A stretch of DNA of 64,000 nucleotides from an uncultured delta proteobacterium (lineage in GTDB: Bacteria > Desulfobacterota > Binatia > UBA9968): the NCBI GenBank assembly GCA_963727625.1, contig CAVSHR010000012.1, positions 416,001 through 480,000 on the forward strand, written 5' to 3'. The stretch's first letter is position 1. Each line of letters starts with the position of its first letter. Under the pieces are notes generated by a model. The model worked only from the letters and a program-made list of their open reading frames with translations. It was not told the DNA's origin and ran no database searches. Below, piece after piece: positions 62,701 to 64,000 of the stretch. A program made the position numbers and the translations under genes.

Positions 62701-64000
62701 TCAACGGCGCCGTTCAGGCGGGCTGAGGCTCACGATCAAGGCTTGCAAATTTTTCCCTTCGAGCGCTTGCGCAGCGCTCTGATCCACGTCGGCTAACAAC
62801 TCATCGATGGCGTCTTCTTCCTTACTGCGCTCACCTTCGATGCGGACGCCTTTGCCGGCGTTTTTCACGCAATTTAAAATATCTTTAATGCCGATGGTCT
62901 CCGGATCGCGGCCCAAGACGTAGGTGTCTTCATGGGCCAAGGGCAGCACGAGTTTAGACTGCGCGAACATGACCATAAACTCTTGAACGATGCCGGCGGG
63001 CAGGCGCAGTCGCGCGCCGATCTCAGCAACGCCCATGGGATCGAGTCCGTGATAAAAATTGCGCCCGATCAGCAGCATCATGTGCAGTGCCAACTTCTCG
63101 CGCCCCGCCGGACTCTGCGCCAAGAGCTCCCGGTCGCCGAGAAAGTAATTGATATGCTGGTGCGCATAACTTACCTGCGCGCCCAATAAGACGATCACCC
63201 ACCCGACGTGGAGCCAAAGTAGAAAGAGCAATAGAATGGCGAAGCTAGAATAGATGACGTAATAGCGCGTCGATGAAGCCACGAACACGGCGAAACCCCA
63301 ACCGACAGTTTGCCAAAGAATCGCCGCCACCAAGCCGCCCACCAATGCCGAACGCAAGCGGACCCGCGTGTTCGGTATGAACATGTAAACGAACGTGAAA
63401 GCGGCCCAAAGCGTCAGATAAGGAACCAACTGGAGCAGAATGAGGATCACCGTACCGAGCGCCTGCAGTGACAAGAGGGCTTGGACGATGGCGGTGTTCT
63501 GCAACGTCGCGGTAATCGTCACTGCGGCGAACACCAGCACCGGACCGACGAGAATAGCGCTCAAGTAATCGCTGAAGCGGCGCGCCAGCTTGCGCGGCGC
63601 CTTGACGCGCCAGATGTGATTGAACGCCTCCTCGATGGTGCCCATCAGCGACAGAACGGTAATGAATAAAGTCACTAAACCGACGCTGCCCAACGCCCCG
63701 GCGCTCATTTTGTTGACGAAGCCGATCAAGTGGGCGGTAATTTCTTGACCCTTTTCGCCGAGCGGCGACAGCGCTTCGAGCAGAGCCGGCTCCATGCGAT
63801 TGTGCACACCGAATGCTTTGAGAAGTGAAAACACCACCGCCAACAAGGGCGCGAGGGACAAGAGCGTCTTGAAAGCCAGCGCCATCGCCTGGAGCTTCAC
63901 CAAGTTTTGAATGAAATCGTGCGCGACCATGACGACGATTTTCAGCACCAAACGGATCAATCGTGTGAAGCGGCTGACTTCCGATACATCGCTCGTAAGC
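62701..64000 (-). CDS. YihY/virulence factor BrkB family membrane protein with C-terminal wHTH (5' end outside the window)
   Basis: ALAFKTLLSLAP, IEEAFNHIW, FIPNTRV, WVIVLLGA; the frame is open to the window edge. Confidence 0.88.
   Translation of the reverse strand, partial: LTSDVSEVSRFTRLIRLVLKIVVMVAHDFIQNLVKLQAMALAFKTLLSLAPLLAVVFSLLKAFGVHNRMEPALLEALSPLGEKGQEITAHLIGFVNKMSAGALGSVGLVTLFITVLSLMGTIEEAFNHIWRVKAPRKLARRFSDYLSAILVGPVLVFAAVTITATLQNTAIVQALLSLQALGTVILILLQLVPYLTLWAAFTFVYMFIPNTRVRLRSALVGGLVAAILWQTVGWGFAVFVASSTRYYVIYSSFAILLLFLLWLHVGWVIVLLGAQVSYAHQHINYFLGDRELLAQSPAGREKLALHMMLLIGRNFYHGLDPMGVAEIGARLRLPAGIVQEFMVMFAQSKLVLPLAHEDTYVLGRDPETIGIKDILNCVKNAGKGVRIEGERSKEEDAIDELLADVDQSAAQALEGKNLQALIVSLSPPERRR

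Overview
The window has two parts. About 1-19 kb is accessory DNA at a tmRNA (ssrA) integration hotspot. It holds (i) a ~10-kb integrative, satellite-like element running off the left edge: a tyrosine integrase with an in-frame TGA, XRE HTH, excisionase, hairpin/AT-rich putative origin and RepA-type SF4 helicase, plus cargo of exported proteins, an M16 peptidase and DUF3800. The element ends at a duplicated tmRNA 3' end (9843-9879). It also holds (ii) an older decayed island with a truncated, frameshifted P4-type integrase. This island carries a Tse2-like ADP-ribosyltransferase toxin with a small partner gene, a fused STAS-GHKL kinase-STAS(DUF4325) protein, SRAP, a dead RM controller (C) gene with its C-box, CoA-disulfide reductase-rhodanese, a truncated SDR and DUF429, and it probably ends at a degenerate att near 18.8 kb. 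About 19.9-64 kb is GC-rich core genome of a deltaproteobacteria-like organism (possibly Binatia; inference only): smpB, panC/panB with a pan RNA attenuator, dNK, nagZ, gshA, mtnA, acpS, livK-like, ddl, the dcw cluster (mraZ-STAS-rsmH-ftsL-ftsI-murE-murF-mraY-murD-ftsW-murG-murC-murB-ftsQ-ftsA-ftsZ), rnpB, a frameshifted RNase HI, zinc-ribbon protein, M48 peptidase, FAD oxidase, mgtE, EamA, rhomboid, livHMGF, AsmA and YihY. The best candidate for an undescribed system is the co-oriented kinase/STAS - structured spacer - Tse2-like toxin - small partner cluster at 11.2-13.6 kb. All calls come from motif recognition by eye; no database searches were run.
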